Source of the DNA: a virus
Length of the DNA: 64,000 nt
IMG/VR virus record: IMGVR_UViG_3300027740_000040
Coordinates: 8,139-72,138 of that record
Reading direction: 5' to 3' (one strand)
In this document: positions 34,795 through 45,098 of the stretch, piece after piece
Position numbering within the stretch: position 1 is the stretch's first letter
How the letters are laid out: the number at the start of each line of letters is the position of its first letter
Made by a program: the position numbers and the translations under genes
Notes under the pieces: model-generated
What the model saw: the letters and a program-made list of their open reading frames with translations, nothing else
Told to the model about the DNA's origin: nothing
The model's database searches: none

Positions 34795-35790
34795 TTAGCG
34801 AACCGACATCACCGCGTAGCCGAGCTTCGGCGTATCGGCGCCCGCGTCGTACTTGGCGCGGATGCTGTACTCGCGGAGTCCTGCCAATAGCGTCAGCAGG
34901 CCAGTAGCCTTGAGCTCAAACGCGGTGCTGCTCGTGGTGATGGCGTCGTGCACCACGGCCGCGCCCGCCGTCTCGTCCCACAACTGAAACGACACGGGGT
35001 TACCGGCCGTGCTCTTCACGAGCATGAATACCTCGCAGGTGCCCGGGAACAGCGCCTTGTCGAAGAAGATCCGGCTCGTGTCCGACAACACATCGAGATC
35101 GAGCGCCTTGTAGGTGGCCGCCGGCGCCGTGATCGTGCGCTCGGTCAGGCCGAACAGCATCGCGACCGGGCGCCGCGGGTGGATCATCACGCAGATGACG
35201 CCTACCGTAGCCGACTGGACGGTGACGACCCCGATCTCGACTACTCGTTTGGCCCCGCTGGGCTTGGTCGATGTCAGGCTGCCCGGAGTTGCTCCGAGGT
35301 AGAGTGTCGTGCCCTCTGCCCATGCGCTCGTGTCGAGATCATGGACTAGGCCGTGAATCGTGATGTAGCCCGATGCGTTGATCGCGATGTCCTGGGTCGC
35401 GAGCCCGATCGTCTTCTGCGACGTGTCGTCGACGTTGCTGGCCAGGCCCGCGGTCGTGTGGCTACCGACGGCCCCCGAGATGTAGCAGGCCTGCCCATTC
35501 GAGATTGGAGCTCCGGTGTCGTTGCGGCTGAGATCCGTCCACTGCTCGGTCATCGGCTGGCCGACAACACCATCGACCCCGGTGCAGATGTTGAGCTGCC
35601 CGTCGAACCAGTAGATCGTGCCGGCGACGTTCGCGGGCTCGGCTGCCGGAGCCGTCAACTGCAACTGGTACCCGTGCCAGATCGAATACAGGGAGTCACG
35701 CAAATCCAGCGGAGAGATCGCGCCAAACGTGTTATCGGCGAGCAGAGTTCCGAGTACGTAGGCTTCGGTGCGTAGTGTTTCGCCGGACAT
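34795..35790 (-). CDS. virion fibre/collar protein with DUF2190-like domain
   Basis: GQACYISGA...IGLATQDIA...G-LYL..TPG-LT.TKP. Confidence 0.55.
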   Translation of the reverse strand: MSGETLRTEAYVLGTLLADNTFGAISPLDLRDSLYSIWHGYQLQLTAPAAEPANVAGTIYWFDGQLNICTGVDGVVGQPMTEQWTDLSRNDTGAPISNGQACYISGAVGSHTTAGLASNVDDTSQKTIGLATQDIAINASGYITIHGLVHDLDTSAWAEGTTLYLGATPGSLTSTKPSGAKRVVEIGVVTVQSATVGVICVMIHPRRPVAMLFGLTERTITAPAATYKALDLDVLSDTSRIFFDKALFPGTCEVFMLVKSTAGNPVSFQLWDETAGAAVVHDAITTSSTAFELKATGLLTLLAGLREYSIRAKYDAGADTPKLGYAVMSVR

Positions 35791-36347
35791 CAGGAGAATC
35801 CCGCATCAAAACCACCAGACCACCCGAATCCGTCGGGAGTGATGCTGGTGATGATCACTTCTTCGGACGGAAGGATCAGCCCCTCGTCCCCAAACGCCTT
35901 GACGAACGCAGTCCCGTTGATCGTCCCGTCAACCGGCAACTCGATCTGCATCTCGAGCCTGACCACGAACCCCTTGGATTCTGCCGCTTCCGGGTTGCAT
36001 CTGTATCGCCCAGCTCGAGCGACTTCAACTCCGTAGGTCTTACGAACCGCCGCCACGAATGCGTGGAGTAATGCCTCGGCGACGTCGCGACCCGACGTCC
36101 ACATCACGACTTCCCAGCCGTGGATGTCGTAGGCTACCGCCTCGGGCTTTGGATTCCGGCTGCTGACCTTCCCGACCTCGCCAACCGATCCGGAGTCGTC
36201 CCAATAGATGTGGGCGGGACGGGCATTTTTGCTGCGTTCTCGGTGCCCAATATCGTAGGGGATCGCCGTGCCACCGGCTGCCACCAGCGCCGCGTCTAAT
36301 GTGACGTGGATCGCTACGATGATCGACGTGTTGGTGACGGTGGCCAT
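35790..36347 (-). CDS. tail terminator / head-tail joining protein
   Basis: Position and size. Confidence 0.55.
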   Translation of the reverse strand: MATVTNTSIIVAIHVTLDAALVAAGGTAIPYDIGHRERSKNARPAHIYWDDSGSVGEVGKVSSRNPKPEAVAYDIHGWEVVMWTSGRDVAEALLHAFVAAVRKTYGVEVARAGRYRCNPEAAESKGFVVRLEMQIELPVDGTINGTAFVKAFGDEGLILPSEEVIITSITPDGFGWSGGFDAGFS

Positions 36348-36353
36348 GAGTCG

Positions 36354-36800
36354 TCACCTGACAAATGCCCGGTACATGCTGGCGATAGCGTCCTCGGCCG
36401 ACTCGGATAGTTGCTGGGCCCATTTGCGCGGGAGCCCCAGGGCAGAGATCGGGATCTGAAGCCTGGTTGGCAGCGACTTGCCTCCCCACTCCGGACGTGG
36501 CTGCGGATTGTGGTGCCAAATGGCCTTCTCGTCCGTGCTGTGGACGTTGTAGCCGCGTGGACCCACATCGCTGTATGCGTAAGACCGCAGACGACCGGTG
36601 ATCTGGAGGTCGTTCGGTGCGCCCCAGGCGTGTCCGTATGGGTCCTGTCCGCTCTTGAACCCAGCGCTGATGAGGTTGAGCGTCTCCTCTGCACAGTCCT
36701 TGGCGGCCGCTCTCAAGACGCGGGAAGGATCGCCCATGAGTCGGGCCAACTCGGCGAGCTTGTCCTCTCCACGGACCCTTACGGTCATGCCTCCGGACAC
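36354..36800 (-). CDS. virion morphogenesis protein (Mu gpG / P2 gpS-like)
   Basis: F..GQDPYG-AW...TGRL..S...HN...LPTR motif. Confidence 0.75.
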   Translation of the reverse strand: MSGGMTVRVRGEDKLAELARLMGDPSRVLRAAAKDCAEETLNLISAGFKSGQDPYGHAWGAPNDLQITGRLRSYAYSDVGPRGYNVHSTDEKAIWHHNPQPRPEWGGKSLPTRLQIPISALGLPRKWAQQLSESAEDAIASMYRAFVR

Positions 36801-36803
36801 GGA

Positions 36804-37241
36804 TCACCAATCATCGTCAGTGGACGTTACCTCGACGGATCCCCAACCACGTGCTGTGTCAGACGTCATGGCGGACCCGTCCGCGTCGTCGTCACTCGTC
36901 GAGGAATCGATGACACCAGACAGTGCTCCGCCGTCCCTCAACCGTTGCAGGCACGACTCCGCCTGTTTGTACCGCTCGAGCAGAACCTTCTCGGTGCCGG
37001 TGTCTGGATTGTACCCCTCGGCTCCGATCAGCTCGTACTGTGACAGCTTGCAGACGCACAACGTGACCGACATGGGCCACGTGGTGAGGGGCGGGGTATA
37101 GACCCCACCCTCCTCCAGAGCGTCGTCCACGCGCGCCGTGCAGGCATCCAGAACGGCCTGTTGAGTGGCCGTCAAGATGTCCGTAATGGCTTCGGCTCGA
37201 ATCCCGAGCTGAGCCAATTGCGCGGTGGTGGCGTAGGACAT
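36804..37241 (-). CDS. head-tail adaptor (Mu gp36 / DUF1320-like)
   Basis: MSYATT..L...Y.PPL...ERYKQA..L..L motif. Confidence 0.8.
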   Translation of the reverse strand: MSYATTAQLAQLGIRAEAITDILTATQQAVLDACTARVDDALEEGGVYTPPLTTWPMSVTLCVCKLSQYELIGAEGYNPDTGTEKVLLERYKQAESCLQRLRDGGALSGVIDSSTSDDDADGSAMTSDTARGWGSVEVTSTDDDW

Positions 37242-37244
37242 GGG

Positions 37245-37700
37245 CTACCGACGCGCGTTCTGCTGCTGCTGGGCCTGCGGTTGCGCCTTGGGCGGTTCCT
37301 CGTTCTGCCGGATCTTCTCCGCCTTCAGTACGATCACCTTCCCCTTGGCTTCCTTGCCGCGGACTCGACGCATCTGTGACTCGGTCAGGGTGCAGGTAGA
37401 GGATTCGGACGGCTTCACCGTCCACGGGAATCCTCCCGCCCACACGAACGGGAACTCCTTGCCGTCCGGCGTACCCTGACCCTTCGGGCGAATCCCGCGT
37501 GCCGTCACCGTCCAGGCCGGAGGCTCCTTGGCCTCCGCCTCCTCGCGAGTTCGTGGGAGATCGACCCCCAGCGCCCTGGCAACAATCACGTGGTCCAGGC
37601 CGAGGCGTTGCGCCATCGCAATCGCCTCGTCCTTGGTGTGCTTTCCCTCGATGGCGAACCCGACGATCTGACTCTCAGAGATTGCACTTGCCATAGCCAA
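37245..37700 (-). CDS. hypothetical protein following the capsid gene
   Basis: AAAGGAG RBS after a hairpin. Confidence 0.65.
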   Translation of the reverse strand: MAMASAISESQIVGFAIEGKHTKDEAIAMAQRLGLDHVIVARALGVDLPRTREEAEAKEPPAWTVTARGIRPKGQGTPDGKEFPFVWAGGFPWTVKPSESSTCTLTESQMRRVRGKEAKGKVIVLKAEKIRQNEEPPKAQPQAQQQQNARR

Positions 37701-37747
37701 ATGGCTCCTTTCTGCGGGCTGAGCCGCCCGCGAAGTGCGTCACGCGA

Positions 37748-38686
37748 TTACGCCGCGCAGCGGAACATGAGGTGCGGCAGCGCGTAGCCGGCCGCGCCAC
37801 GAGCCCGGGCTCCGAACACGTAGGCGTCGTTCGTGAGCACGTACTCGGAGTCGGGGCTGGTGATCCGCTGGAACTGCGGACGCACGCGCCACTGCCAGAA
37901 CAGTGGCTTGACCATCTTCCCGAGGTCCGCCATGTACCAAACGGTCGTGCTGTCAGCGTCAAGCTCCGGGAGCACGATCACCTTGAGCGACCCCGCGAGC
38001 GCGTTGCTGATCGCGCTCGCGGTCGTGGCTGCCGTGATCTCGCGGCCCGTGATGACGCTGTTGGGGCCGCAGATTTCCTCGGCGGTCAACTGCAACGTAG
38101 CGGGCACGATCAGGTGGGTGGGGCTGATCCCGAGGACGTTGCCGAACTCGTCCACCAGGCGCCGCATGGCCGTCCTGGTCGTGTTCACGTTCGCCGCCGT
38201 GAGCGCCGTGGTGGCAAGGTCGTTCGACCACGTGGTGGTAACGCTGCCGAACGGATCCTGTGGGTGATCGGTGTCGAAGTAGAATTCGCCGTCGTAGCAG
38301 TCGGTCGCGTCGCCAGCCAAGATCGCGGCTGCGATCTCGTCCATGGGGAGTCGGGCCGCGGCCTCGCCGAGGTCGGTCATCTGCGAGTTGTAAAGGCCGT
38401 ACTTGTCGTCTTCGATGTCCGTCACCTTGACGCGGACGGTGTCCTCGAACTTGCGGTTCGTGAGGGTGTACCCGTAGATTTGCGCCTGACGCAACAGACG
38501 CTCTCCCACCCACTCGCGCATCCGGGCCGCGTGCCCCTTGATCGGGTACACGGTGGTTGCGTCGTCGGACGTGACTTCGTCCGCGAACAGTTGCCATGGT
38601 AGAGAACCTGTGATCCGCGACAGGCCGTCGCGGAACTTCACGCTGTAGCCAGTGGTGATGGCGTCGAGAGCAGCAGTGGTAACCAT
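37748..38686 (-). CDS. major capsid protein, Mu gpT-like
   Basis: MREWVGER...CYDGEFYFDTDHP...WYMAD..K..KPLFWQ-R. Confidence 0.92.
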   Translation of the reverse strand: MVTTAALDAITTGYSVKFRDGLSRITGSLPWQLFADEVTSDDATTVYPIKGHAARMREWVGERLLRQAQIYGYTLTNRKFEDTVRVKVTDIEDDKYGLYNSQMTDLGEAAARLPMDEIAAAILAGDATDCYDGEFYFDTDHPQDPFGSVTTTWSNDLATTALTAANVNTTRTAMRRLVDEFGNVLGISPTHLIVPATLQLTAEEICGPNSVITGREITAATTASAISNALAGSLKVIVLPELDADSTTVWYMADLGKMVKPLFWQWRVRPQFQRITSPDSEYVLTNDAYVFGARARGAAGYALPHLMFRCAA

Positions 38687-38721
38687 GATTGGTCCCTTTC
38701 GTAGTCGTCAGTCCGCCGCCC

Positions 38722-39543
38722 TTACGGGAGCAGGAACCAGGCGTGCACGATCGTCGTGCCTCCGGTGAGGGTGCTGAGGTTCGCCGAGCCGTTGACGGTC
38801 AGGACGAGTCGCGTGGACGTCTTCACTCGGCAGGCTCCGACACCCACGTACCGAACGCGGGTGGTGCCGCCGTCGACGTTGCCGACGTCAGTTCCGTACA
38901 GAGTTGCCGTCGTTCCGTCGCCCAACGTGAAGTTGAACGTGCCGGCGGCTCCGTCGTCCCAGTCCTGGGTCGTGTCCGTCTCTACGGCGAGAATGCAGGC
39001 TCCAACCGGCAGCAGGCCCGAAAGGTTTCGGGTAGCGACGACCGCCACCAAGGCGATGTCGGCGTCCGCATGGTCGACGGTGGACGAGATGTAGAGGATT
39101 CCAGGCGCCACGTCGCCGACCTGGACGGCGACGCCGAGCGTCGCGTCCACTCGCACGATCTTCCCGGCAACTGGTAGCGTCCCCGGGGTCGCGACCGGTC
39201 CGCTGGTGAGCTGGACCGTCTGGTCGTCGAGCGCGTAGCACTGCTGACCGATGTTCGCGACGGTGATCGACGTACCGCCGTTGACGAACCAGAAGACTCC
39301 GCACTTCGCCTTGACGTTTAGTGCATTGGCGAGCCCAAGCGTGTTGTCGTACTCGGCGTCGGCCACGCCAACTACCACGGAGGTGTTGAGCGCCGAGGCG
39401 GGAACGGCGGTGCCAGCCGCATTGCGAGCGACCAGTGAGCCTTCGAAGATGTGAGTCGTCGCGGCAATACCGAGAACGACGGAGCCACAGGTCGGCTGCG
39501 TGCCATCCTGCGAGGTGTTGCGGTTTTCAGCCAAAGCGGTCAT
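38722..39543 (-). CDS. capsid cement/decoration protein with C-terminal extension
   Basis: MTAL-ENRNT...G-F-F-N....-ANIGQ-CYALDDQTV motif. Confidence 0.7.
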   Translation of the reverse strand: MTALAENRNTSQDGTQPTCGSVVLGIAATTHIFEGSLVARNAAGTAVPASALNTSVVVGVADAEYDNTLGLANALNVKAKCGVFWFVNGGTSITVANIGQQCYALDDQTVQLTSGPVATPGTLPVAGKIVRVDATLGVAVQVGDVAPGILYISSTVDHADADIALVAVVATRNLSGLLPVGACILAVETDTTQDWDDGAAGTFNFTLGDGTTATLYGTDVGNVDGGTTRVRYVGVGACRVKTSTRLVLTVNGSANLSTLTGGTTIVHAWFLLP

Positions 39544-39565
39544 GAGTCGGTCCTTTCAGCGGCGA

Positions 39566-40942
39566 TCACTCGTCGTCGGTGATGGGGGTTGCGCTGAGTC
39601 GCTCGGCCTTGGCCTTGGCGAACTCGTCGAGAGCAATGTGGAGGTTGGCGGCTACTTGCCGCTCCTCGGCAGTGAGCGATGCGGCACCGGCAAGTGCCGG
39701 CTCTCCGATTGGGGGCTTTCCGGCACCTGGGATTGCAACGGTCGCGACTTCGAGGTAGGCGCGCAGTTGATCCGCGGTCTGCGTGGCTGCCCATGCCTTC
39801 TGCGCAACGGTGAGTTTCCCGGACTCGAGAGCTCCGTCGATCAGGGATTCGCACTCGGCCTTGGCAGCAGCCTCGCCCCTGGCCTTCTCGGCGGCATCGT
39901 GCTCCGCGATCTTCGCCTGGAGCGCGGGCACCCGCTCGGCACCAGAGCGCCATGCCTCGACCACGGCCAGCGCCTCGGAAAGCGGCTTGCCGGTGGCCTT
40001 GCATAGCGAGTCTGCGGTTTCGATCGCGGCCTGAGCGCCGGTGATGAGCCCCGGCACCTTGTCGGCGATGGCAAGTGCCTCCGCCTCGTCCTTGGCGCCA
40101 AGCGCCGCAAGGATCTTGTTCAGCATTGGATTTGACTCCGTTGGTTGAGGTGGCGGGGCCACCGGGTTAGTGGTTGGCGCAGCGGCGCCCAACGCCGAGT
40201 CAGCGCGCGACTCTACGGGTAGCTTGGAGGAGCGCTCGGATAGCTGGCGTTCGTGCTCCGCAGTAAGCATTTCTGCTTCCGCATTGGGATCTACAGAAGC
40301 CCTGCTGGCCGCCGGAATGGCTAGCGGATGTTCAATAGCAGCCAACGAAACCGCCATCGCGGCCGCCTTCGTTGGCTCCGACGTCTCCGTGCCGATTCCG
40401 AACTCGACCGCCTCCGCAGCATCGAGCCACGTTTCGGCCTTCATGGCTGCCAGAGCATCGTCTCGAGTCGTCTTCTTGCCGTGGCGCGTGGCGCACTCGG
40501 CATAGGTGTCGGCCATCTGCTGATTAAGCTTCCGCAGCATGGCGGCCGACGCATCGTGGTCTTCTGCTGGACCCTGCGTCACCATCCACGCCTCGTGAAT
40601 CATCACGAGCGCGTTGGATGCAATCCGCACCGTGTCACCAGCCGCCGCGATGATGCTGGCCGCGCTGGCGGCGATTCCGTCAACGTCGATGTTTACCGGA
40701 ACCCCGCGCGCCGACTGGTCACGCAACAGGTTGTAGATTGCGACTCCGTCAAAGGCGTCGCCGCCCATCGAGTTGACGCGGATGTGGATCTCCGCCGGGG
40801 TACTTTCCCGCAGCTTCCCCAACAGCCCCTTGGCGCTGAATCCGTCGCCTGACCACGACTCTCCAACGACGTCGTAGCAGTCGATTTCCAGGACTCCGGA
40901 CGCGCTCGGGCGCTCGGCAAACGCGAGTAGCTTGCGTGCCAT
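39566..40942 (-). CDS. ClpP-like prohead protease fused to scaffold
   Basis: RVNSMGGDAFDG-AIYNLL...DGIAASAASIIA...MIH...ETWL-A-EA. Confidence 0.92.
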   Translation of the reverse strand: MARKLLAFAERPSASGVLEIDCYDVVGESWSGDGFSAKGLLGKLRESTPAEIHIRVNSMGGDAFDGVAIYNLLRDQSARGVPVNIDVDGIAASAASIIAAAGDTVRIASNALVMIHEAWMVTQGPAEDHDASAAMLRKLNQQMADTYAECATRHGKKTTRDDALAAMKAETWLDAAEAVEFGIGTETSEPTKAAAMAVSLAAIEHPLAIPAASRASVDPNAEAEMLTAEHERQLSERSSKLPVESRADSALGAAAPTTNPVAPPPQPTESNPMLNKILAALGAKDEAEALAIADKVPGLITGAQAAIETADSLCKATGKPLSEALAVVEAWRSGAERVPALQAKIAEHDAAEKARGEAAAKAECESLIDGALESGKLTVAQKAWAATQTADQLRAYLEVATVAIPGAGKPPIGEPALAGAASLTAEERQVAANLHIALDEFAKAKAERLSATPITDDE

Positions 40943-40949
40943 GTGGTGG

Positions 40950-41234
40950 TTACCAGGTCACCGTGATACGGGTGACAGTCGTGCCGATATTGATCTCCAG
41001 GAACTTCCCCTGGAGACGATCGCCAGTCGCTACCGTCAGCGTGCGAACGGTACCGGCGCTGCCCGTCAGAGTTACGGCCAGCGTCCCCGCACCAGCGTTG
41101 TCGACGTAGATCTCGCGGGCGTGGCCGCGCGTGGGGCCCATCGGAGAAATCGCTGCGGAGGCGAGATCGATGTCAGCGCCAAACGCAGTGAACTGCTGAA
41201 TATCGTCGCCGACTTCGTTGAAAAATGCGCCCAT
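40950..41234 (-). CDS. head spike-base-like small beta protein
   Basis: REIYV..AG-LAV...V-TG..L..-GTT.T-I pattern resembling the RcGTA spike-base family (from memory). Confidence 0.55.
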   Translation of the reverse strand: MGAFFNEVGDDIQQFTAFGADIDLASAAISPMGPTRGHAREIYVDNAGAGTLAVTLTGSAGTVRTLTVATGDRLQGKFLEINIGTTVTRITVTW

Positions 41235-41278
41235 GGCGGTGCCTTGCTGCGGTAGTTCGCGGCTCTTTCGTGTGCTGA

Positions 41279-41989
41279 CTACGCTTCTTCGCGGAGCAGA
41301 TCGGTGACGTGTGCGGATCGGTGCTGCTCGAACGAGGTCCACAGCGCTGGCGGATATCGCGTAGGATCTGGTTGCCACGCCGCTCCTACGTCGGGCGCGA
41401 GTCCGAATCCTTCGGCAGGCCCCACCCCGATCGGGATCTGCCGGCGCTCCTCGGGCACCCGGTCGTATTCGCGCTGTCGAATCGAGCGCACGGTGGTGCG
41501 GCAACGGTGGTGCGCCGGGAACCAGTGCGTCTCCCACCACGGGTCCGTCGCCGGAAGAGTCAGGCCATTGACCGCTCGGCAGTACTCGGTCTGGCGCTCA
41601 TCTCCGATGCCGTCGACCTGCCGATACGGACGGAGTGCAATCAGGTCCGGGTCCGAGAGCTGCCGATAGCGCCCGGCGTTGTACGCGCTTTGCGTGTTGG
41701 TTAGGACGATGGTTTCGAGCCGTGCGCGGCCGAATCGGTACTCACTCAACGCATCGCCCAGTTGCTCTACTACCTCACGGAGAACGGTACCGCGCTCGAT
41801 AGCGTTCGTGATGATGGCGTGGGCGCTGAGAACTGCCTCTAGTTGCGTGACTGCGGCAATCGTCCACGCGCGCTCGCCAGCGTAAACGCCGAGCGTCTCG
41901 AGGATCTCAGCCGTTAGCGGAAACCTAGCAGAGAACCAGGCGATAGCCTCCTCGAACCGGTCAACGTCTGCGGTTGCGGCGTAGGCCAT
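41279..41989 (-). CDS. minor head protein (Mu gpF / SPP1 gp7-like)
   Basis: RLETI-LTN-Q-AYNAGR...D..T..C....G...DP-W....PA-HHRCR. Confidence 0.9.
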   Translation of the reverse strand: MAYAATADVDRFEEAIAWFSARFPLTAEILETLGVYAGERAWTIAAVTQLEAVLSAHAIITNAIERGTVLREVVEQLGDALSEYRFGRARLETIVLTNTQSAYNAGRYRQLSDPDLIALRPYRQVDGIGDERQTEYCRAVNGLTLPATDPWWETHWFPAHHRCRTTVRSIRQREYDRVPEERRQIPIGVGPAEGFGLAPDVGAAWQPDPTRYPPALWTSFEQHRSAHVTDLLREEA

Positions 41990-42018
41990 CGGAGACTCGA
42001 CGGTGCGGCGTCAGCACC

Positions 42019-43626
42019 TCACTTCAGTTCTGGCGCGTCCTCGCGTACCGCAGCCCAGCCGCCAACCTGCGAGGTAACGAGTCCACGGCGAACCTTCTCG
42101 GACAGCGCTGCCGGACTCATCTTCTCGCGGTAGTAGTCCTCAAGCGCAAACAGCACCCGCTGGTAGTCCTCGGGTCCGGTGGCGCCGCCGACCATCTCCA
42201 TGATGGCATCAATGTGCGGCTGTAGATCCTTGGCCAGTGCCCGTTCCAGAGATCGCGCTACCCGGTCAGCGTACTCCTGCCCGTTGCGTTCCCCGGCTCG
42301 CTGCGCCAACGGACGCTCGTGCCGGTGCCAGCAGGCTTGGGCGCTAGCGGCAGGCGGCAGCCCTTCGTCTGGTTCTTCGCCTTCTGGCTCGGCTTCCGGG
42401 TTCGGTGGCTCGTCGGTATCGGCGTCCTCTTCATCGTCTACCAGACTGGGAGCATCCTCGGCAGCTTCTAGCGGAACGCCAGCGGCCTCGCACGCTGACG
42501 TAACATCAACCGGGACTCCGAGCGTCTTGAACGTCGTCAGCGCCGCGCCCAGATCCACCCAGGTCTTCACGCGACCGGCGGTGTCGGCCGGCGGTGTAAC
42601 GTCCCACTTGGGCCATGGAGCCGCGTCGGCAGAGCCCCAGTTCGCCACTGCCCAGGGGACCAGGATCTGATCGTGAACGAAGTCGCTCAGGTTGTCGGTG
42701 TCGGAGGCAATGATATGCGCGGCGACTGCCTCGTGTACCTGTGCCGCGGCGTAGCTTCCGCCCTTCACCTCACTGGAGAGGTTCTGCCCAAGGATCGCGA
42801 TTGCGAGTCCGGCGTTGGCCTCCTGAACCTGCTGCTTGAAGGTGACGAAATTGTTGGCCGTGGCCTCGACGAGGTTTACGTCCCAACCGGGTCGCGTTAT
42901 GAAAACCGGGTCGCGTCCGAGTGCCTTGAACTCGGTCGCGAGCGCCTTTCTGGCAGCCTTGTCCTTCAGGTCGGTGGATTCACCAGGCTTAACGACCCAC
43001 GTTCCCTGCCCGTGGCGCTCCGAGTATCGCGCCCAGTCCTGGATCGCGTAGGTCTTTAGCAGCCACCACAGTCGGCACGCGCGCCATGATCCCTGCGCCC
43101 ACGGTCGAGAGCCAGCCTGCGCGAACAGCAACCACCCGTCAGTCCCCGGGGTGATCTTGACCAACTCACCGGAGTAGAGTTGGGTATTCCATCCTCCATC
43201 CACGGCCAACGACAGGTGCCGGGACGATGACCACGCCTCTACGACCGGGGCATGGAGCCCGTCTCGCATGAGAGGCTTGCCGCGCTCGTCCACCCAACGG
43301 AGACGCCCCGGGGCAATTCCCAGCAGCGCGTACCATCGGTGTAGCAGCGCCAGTTGTGTTCCCGGGCAGATCCGCCAGAAGTCGCCTTCGTCGCGGAGCC
43401 GCTCGATTGCCCGGTCGTCTCCGCCCTCGAAGTTGATTGGAAGGCGTTGAATCGCGGTGCGCTGTAGCAGCACTCCGGATGCTCGGTCGTCGGCCGTGAT
43501 CCTCTCGCATAGGTCACCGACGCTCGACATGTCACCGGAGTCGGCGAGACTCTCGGCTCCCGAAGTGTCGGACGGATCCCAGTCGAGGATCGACCGTACC
43601 TCTGGCTCGCGGTAGTCGGTAGCCAT
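42019..43626 (-). CDS. portal protein (DUF935 / Mu gp29-like)
   Basis: DWARYSERHG...ILGQNLS...GSYAAAQVH. Confidence 0.9.
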   Translation of the reverse strand: MATDYREPEVRSILDWDPSDTSGAESLADSGDMSSVGDLCERITADDRASGVLLQRTAIQRLPINFEGGDDRAIERLRDEGDFWRICPGTQLALLHRWYALLGIAPGRLRWVDERGKPLMRDGLHAPVVEAWSSSRHLSLAVDGGWNTQLYSGELVKITPGTDGWLLFAQAGSRPWAQGSWRACRLWWLLKTYAIQDWARYSERHGQGTWVVKPGESTDLKDKAARKALATEFKALGRDPVFITRPGWDVNLVEATANNFVTFKQQVQEANAGLAIAILGQNLSSEVKGGSYAAAQVHEAVAAHIIASDTDNLSDFVHDQILVPWAVANWGSADAAPWPKWDVTPPADTAGRVKTWVDLGAALTTFKTLGVPVDVTSACEAAGVPLEAAEDAPSLVDDEEDADTDEPPNPEAEPEGEEPDEGLPPAASAQACWHRHERPLAQRAGERNGQEYADRVARSLERALAKDLQPHIDAIMEMVGGATGPEDYQRVLFALEDYYREKMSPAALSEKVRRGLVTSQVGGWAAVREDAPELK

Positions 43627-45098
43627 CAGTCGTCCTCGAATGCGTCACGCGCGCGCCCGTGCCCGAAGCGGTAGGAGCCAGCGGAGATGGATTCGCTGTC
43701 GGAGGCGGCCCCGGAAAGAAGCTCATCGTGGCAAGCCGCCAGCGCGTCGACGATGTCGTCCCTCGAATCCGCCACCCCGGTGAATGAGCATACTTCGTCG
43801 ATCACCTGATCGACCCACGATCCATATAGTGGCGAGTTCTCTGCCGGCAGCGCGATGTTCCCGGCGTTCCAAGCAGCGGACGCTGGAGTTGCTCTAACGA
43901 ACTTGTCGCCAGTCGCCGTCAGCACCTTGAACCCAGGAACCCGTTGGGCGATGAACTGCGCCGATCCCTTCTCGGTTCCGCTCGCGTACCAGCGCAGCGG
44001 ACCCGACATCTCGGAGCTCATCGCCTTGAGGGTCAGCGTGAACTCGGGCGCGGCGACTTGCGCGATTCGGCACGCCGTCAGGTAGATGGTTCCGTCGAAC
44101 AACTGCCCACGCAGGCAGACCGAGCGATCCGCCTGCGTCTTCGCCGTGTAGGCCAGGTCGACTCCGTAGGCGGTGCGCCACGGGGAGGTGGGTAGGTGAA
44201 TGAACCGCGGCGGGTTGCCGCTGAACACCTCGCCTCCGCGGGGGCGCGGGCTACCCTGATACATTGCCGCGAACCCCCAGGGGTCGCGCTCACGCATCTG
44301 CTCAAGGAAGGATAGCGGCCGTTCCTCTGGCCACAGCGCCTCGCCGACCCGCCTTCCGCACGGGTCCGTTTCCGCGTCCTCGCAGATGGCCTGGAGGTTC
44401 GTGTACCGGAACCCCCACTCGCTCACCAGCCTACCGCTCGGATCATCCTCAGCCCACCTGGTGGCCATACAGATGATCGACGAGCCAGGATGCCGGCGCG
44501 TGAGGATCGTTCCGTAGAGAACGCCCCAGATCGATTCCCGGTGAGCTCGGCTGAACGCCTCCTGACGACCCTTGATTGGGTCGTCGATCACGCAGACGCC
44601 ATTCTCCGGAAGCGGGTCTCCGGTGATGCCGCCGTCAATCGACGTGAACTTGATACGGCTTCCGTTCAGTCCGCTCGTCCACTCGTCGGTCCTGCCGTCT
44701 GGTTTCAGGCCCAGGTGATCGGCCAGGATCCGGAAGTCCTTGGCGACCGAATCGGATCGGCGTTGCGAGTAGGTGACGTAGTAGTAGCGGCCGCCCGGCG
44801 TCAGCAGCATCCACTTGGCGAGTGCGTGCTTGGTCGTCTCGGTCTTGCTGTGCTGCGGAGGAGCCGCGAATACGAGTTCGACGGAACGTCCTAGCGTGGC
44901 GTCGAGTTGCTCGGCGTATGGGCGAAGCCACGTCGGCGATGTCAGATAGGGGGAAGCCGCCGGGATGAACTCGAGCAGCGGTAGGGAGGCGAGATCAGTG
45001 GACTGGCTGCTCTGCGACTCCTCCTGAACCGGGGCGAACTTGCGGGACAACTCCGCCCATCGCTGGATTCTCTGGAGTCTCTGTGCGACGTTTCCCAC
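43626..45098 (-). CDS. terL: terminase large subunit
   Basis: APPQHSKT Walker A; IDDPIK Walker B; MATRW; C-terminal nuclease GVDLA...DDIVDAL. Confidence 0.92.
   Translation of the reverse strand: MGNVAQRLQRIQRWAELSRKFAPVQEESQSSQSTDLASLPLLEFIPAASPYLTSPTWLRPYAEQLDATLGRSVELVFAAPPQHSKTETTKHALAKWMLLTPGGRYYYVTYSQRRSDSVAKDFRILADHLGLKPDGRTDEWTSGLNGSRIKFTSIDGGITGDPLPENGVCVIDDPIKGRQEAFSRAHRESIWGVLYGTILTRRHPGSSIICMATRWAEDDPSGRLVSEWGFRYTNLQAICEDAETDPCGRRVGEALWPEERPLSFLEQMRERDPWGFAAMYQGSPRPRGGEVFSGNPPRFIHLPTSPWRTAYGVDLAYTAKTQADRSVCLRGQLFDGTIYLTACRIAQVAAPEFTLTLKAMSSEMSGPLRWYASGTEKGSAQFIAQRVPGFKVLTATGDKFVRATPASAAWNAGNIALPAENSPLYGSWVDQVIDEVCSFTGVADSRDDIVDALAACHDELLSGAASDSESISAGSYRFGHGRARDAFEDD

Noticed and set aside
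45085-45098. GGGAAAC near the terL start as a terS-terL fusion frameshift
   Set aside because: The heptamer is phased for a -1 shift out of the terL frame, not from terS into terL.
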